From Paraphysomonas bandaiensis (Eukaryota; Protista; Chrysophyceae), in contig CBFFRP010000146.1 in assembly GCA_965644295.1 (NCBI GenBank), positions 372,001-436,000 on the forward strand: a stretch of DNA of 64,000 bases, written 5' to 3'. The notes beneath the pieces were generated by a model. The model did not search any database, had not been told where the DNA came from, and saw only the letters and a program-made list of their open reading frames with translations. The position numbers were made by a program, and so were the translations under genes. Numbering within the stretch: the first letter of the stretch is position 1; every line of letters starts with the position of its first letter. Of this stretch, positions 62,229-64,000 are shown one piece after another.

Positions 62229-63902
62229 ATGGCTGAGGCAGATTGGGAGCCCGGACTGTTAGATAAAATACTTCGATGTGGAAAAGGAAGCCCGAATATT
62301 CGTGCCCTGGCCGGATACCACCTCCTTCGGATAATGCTAGCGATCATGATTGTGCATTCCGGTGTAGTCTTTGCCGGCGTCCTCACTTACGAGGCCTTAA
62401 AAGTGAGTGACTGTATTAGTGACGACGACAGCGACGAGTCGTGCTCTGCTGATAAAGACGACGATTCAAATGATAATAGTGATGACTGTCGTCGTCTCTG
62501 GGGTCTTATTAAGCCAGATTCTCTTCTGACAGTATTAGCCACTACTGCCGCTGTAGTGCTGGCGTTGTCTTCCATGTTCATGGGCACAATCGCTGATGCA
62601 ACGCCTTACAGACGCCAGTTTGGTATAATTGGAACAAGTATGTGTGTAGTTGGTATGGCTCTCTGCACAAGTATACTGCAGCCGAATGAAGTCACCATTG
62701 CCATATGTGGCGCCGGACTAGTAATTCACTACATATTTAAAGACTACCATTATATTGTCATAGAGAGTTACACCCCCGAATTATCCCACATTCCAGAGGA
62801 AGTATCGACTATACTAAGTGTGACTAGTGTTTGGTTTTATGTCTTTGAGGTTTTAACAATCGTAGTGTGGGTCATAGTTGGCAGTTTTATTGCTGGGTCT
62901 CTCTTTGGCTTTGTGGTTACGGTCGTATCTGTAGTTGTTGTCGGATGCTTGATACCAGTGGCGTATTCCCGCCTTCCAGATGTGGCCACTCCGCGGCCTT
63001 TTCCTCCTGGCACCTCGATAGTTTCATACACTCTTTCTCGTCAGGTGGAGATATTTTCAGAAATTTGCACAAAGTACCCTGACTTCGGCATCGTGTTACT
63101 GGCGAATATGATATACGATCCCGCACTTTCAGCTCTATTTGTGGCTGCCATACAGGTCCTCGTATCGAAATATCACTTCACCGCGTCGGATATACCCATC
63201 ATTCTTGGAGTAGCTATTATTAGTGCGATAGTTGGAGCCTACTTTGCCCGATGTGTATCATATGCCCCGGATTCATCTTGCCCGCCGAGTTCACTCTTAG
63301 TTAGGCAGAGCTCATTTCATTTGGACGCCAAATCGGGGAACGATACAGCTGTAAAACTATCATCAGAAGCTAAATTAGTGCAGTCTGTATCCAAGCATCC
63401 TAAGCGACTGAAGTGGTCCATTGTCATCGGTCTCATAGTAGTCACGGGCATTACAATATGTGGAACCTTTTTCTTAGTCCCGTGCGCTCTGGGTCTGGCT
63501 TGCTGGTTTGGTGCGATGTGGGGTATGTCACTCGCTTTCTGTTGGACATGTAGTAGCATTCTCCGCTCTGCGCTTGTTCCTGGAGGCTCTGAGGCTGAGT
63601 ACGCCGGGATCCTTTATACCACAACCAATGCCGTAAATTGGCTTCCGCTACTTATATTCTCTATTGCCAACGAAGTGTGGACAATAGAAGGGGCGATGCT
63701 CACTCTTGTATTGTTTTACCTAGCTGGGGGACTCGTGTTGGCGGCTGCCGATACGGATAGAGCTCTAAATGCAACTGTGGGCTCCTTGGAATTAAGACGA
63801 TGGGCGAATAAGGAATCGGCTTACTGGCTCAACAACATTGTCAAGGAAAACACGACTTGTGATACTCAATTAAATGATCACGTTGTCGACATAGAATTGT
63901 AG
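62229..63902 (+). CDS. MFS transporter, UMF1/ATG22 (vacuolar amino-acid efflux)-like
   Basis: About 11-12 TM helices; MGTIADATPYRRQF (motif A-like), SYTPELS, LVPGGSEAEYAGIL. Single exon. Confidence 0.8.
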   Translation: MAEADWEPGLLDKILRCGKGSPNIRALAGYHLLRIMLAIMIVHSGVVFAGVLTYEALKVSDCISDDDSDESCSADKDDDSNDNSDDCRRLWGLIKPDSLLTVLATTAAVVLALSSMFMGTIADATPYRRQFGIIGTSMCVVGMALCTSILQPNEVTIAICGAGLVIHYIFKDYHYIVIESYTPELSHIPEEVSTILSVTSVWFYVFEVLTIVVWVIVGSFIAGSLFGFVVTVVSVVVVGCLIPVAYSRLPDVATPRPFPPGTSIVSYTLSRQVEIFSEICTKYPDFGIVLLANMIYDPALSALFVAAIQVLVSKYHFTASDIPIILGVAIISAIVGAYFARCVSYAPDSSCPPSSLLVRQSSFHLDAKSGNDTAVKLSSEAKLVQSVSKHPKRLKWSIVIGLIVVTGITICGTFFLVPCALGLACWFGAMWGMSLAFCWTCSSILRSALVPGGSEAEYAGILYTTTNAVNWLPLLIFSIANEVWTIEGAMLTLVLFYLAGGLVLAAADTDRALNATVGSLELRRWANKESAYWLNNIVKENTTCDTQLNDHVVDIEL

Positions 63903-64000
63903 TTGTGATTCATATTCAGATATTCGATCTTACTAGTGTTGTGTCTAGTGCAACTCCAGTAGTTTCTACTTGATATATTTTCATTTGTTATAGAGTTTTC

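Noticed and set aside
1-64000. tRNA, rRNA or snRNA genes
   Set aside because: None recognised by eye; a covariance-model scan (tRNAscan-SE/Infernal) would be needed to exclude them.

Overview
Eukaryotic nuclear DNA, AT-rich, with very short spliceosomal introns (mostly about 45-70 bp). By inference it is a protist, probably a stramenopile such as a chrysophyte-like ochrophyte. Recognisable housekeeping genes: RIF1-like (6 exons), U2AF large subunit, ARPC2, a prolyl-4-hydroxylase, an ATG22/UMF1-type MFS transporter, a sulfotransferase-like gene, a GT2-like glycosyltransferase and a conserved uncharacterised protein. Three unusual membrane or sensory loci stand out. (1) A ~20.5-kb, apparently intronless gene for a ~6,800-aa surface protein: a huge xPTx mucin-like stalk, then REJ, EGF-like, a GPS-like motif and several TMs. 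(2) A head-to-head pair of 7TM receptor-like paralogues. Their cytoplasmic tails are 46-aa 'VVPSFxQWQ' tandem repeats, and they share a 296-bp, ~94%-identical inverted repeat that brackets both 5' halves, which suggests an invertible or gene-converting cassette. (3) A 3-exon, 393-aa protein with the architecture of the insect OR/GR-type 7TM ion channels (7TMIC/GRL). Mobile DNA: two 5'-truncated chromodomain Ty3/gypsy remnants with PPT and 3' LTR, two hAT-like MITEs, an unclassified dispersed repeat family, and micro/minisatellites. All homology calls are by motif recognition; no searches were run.
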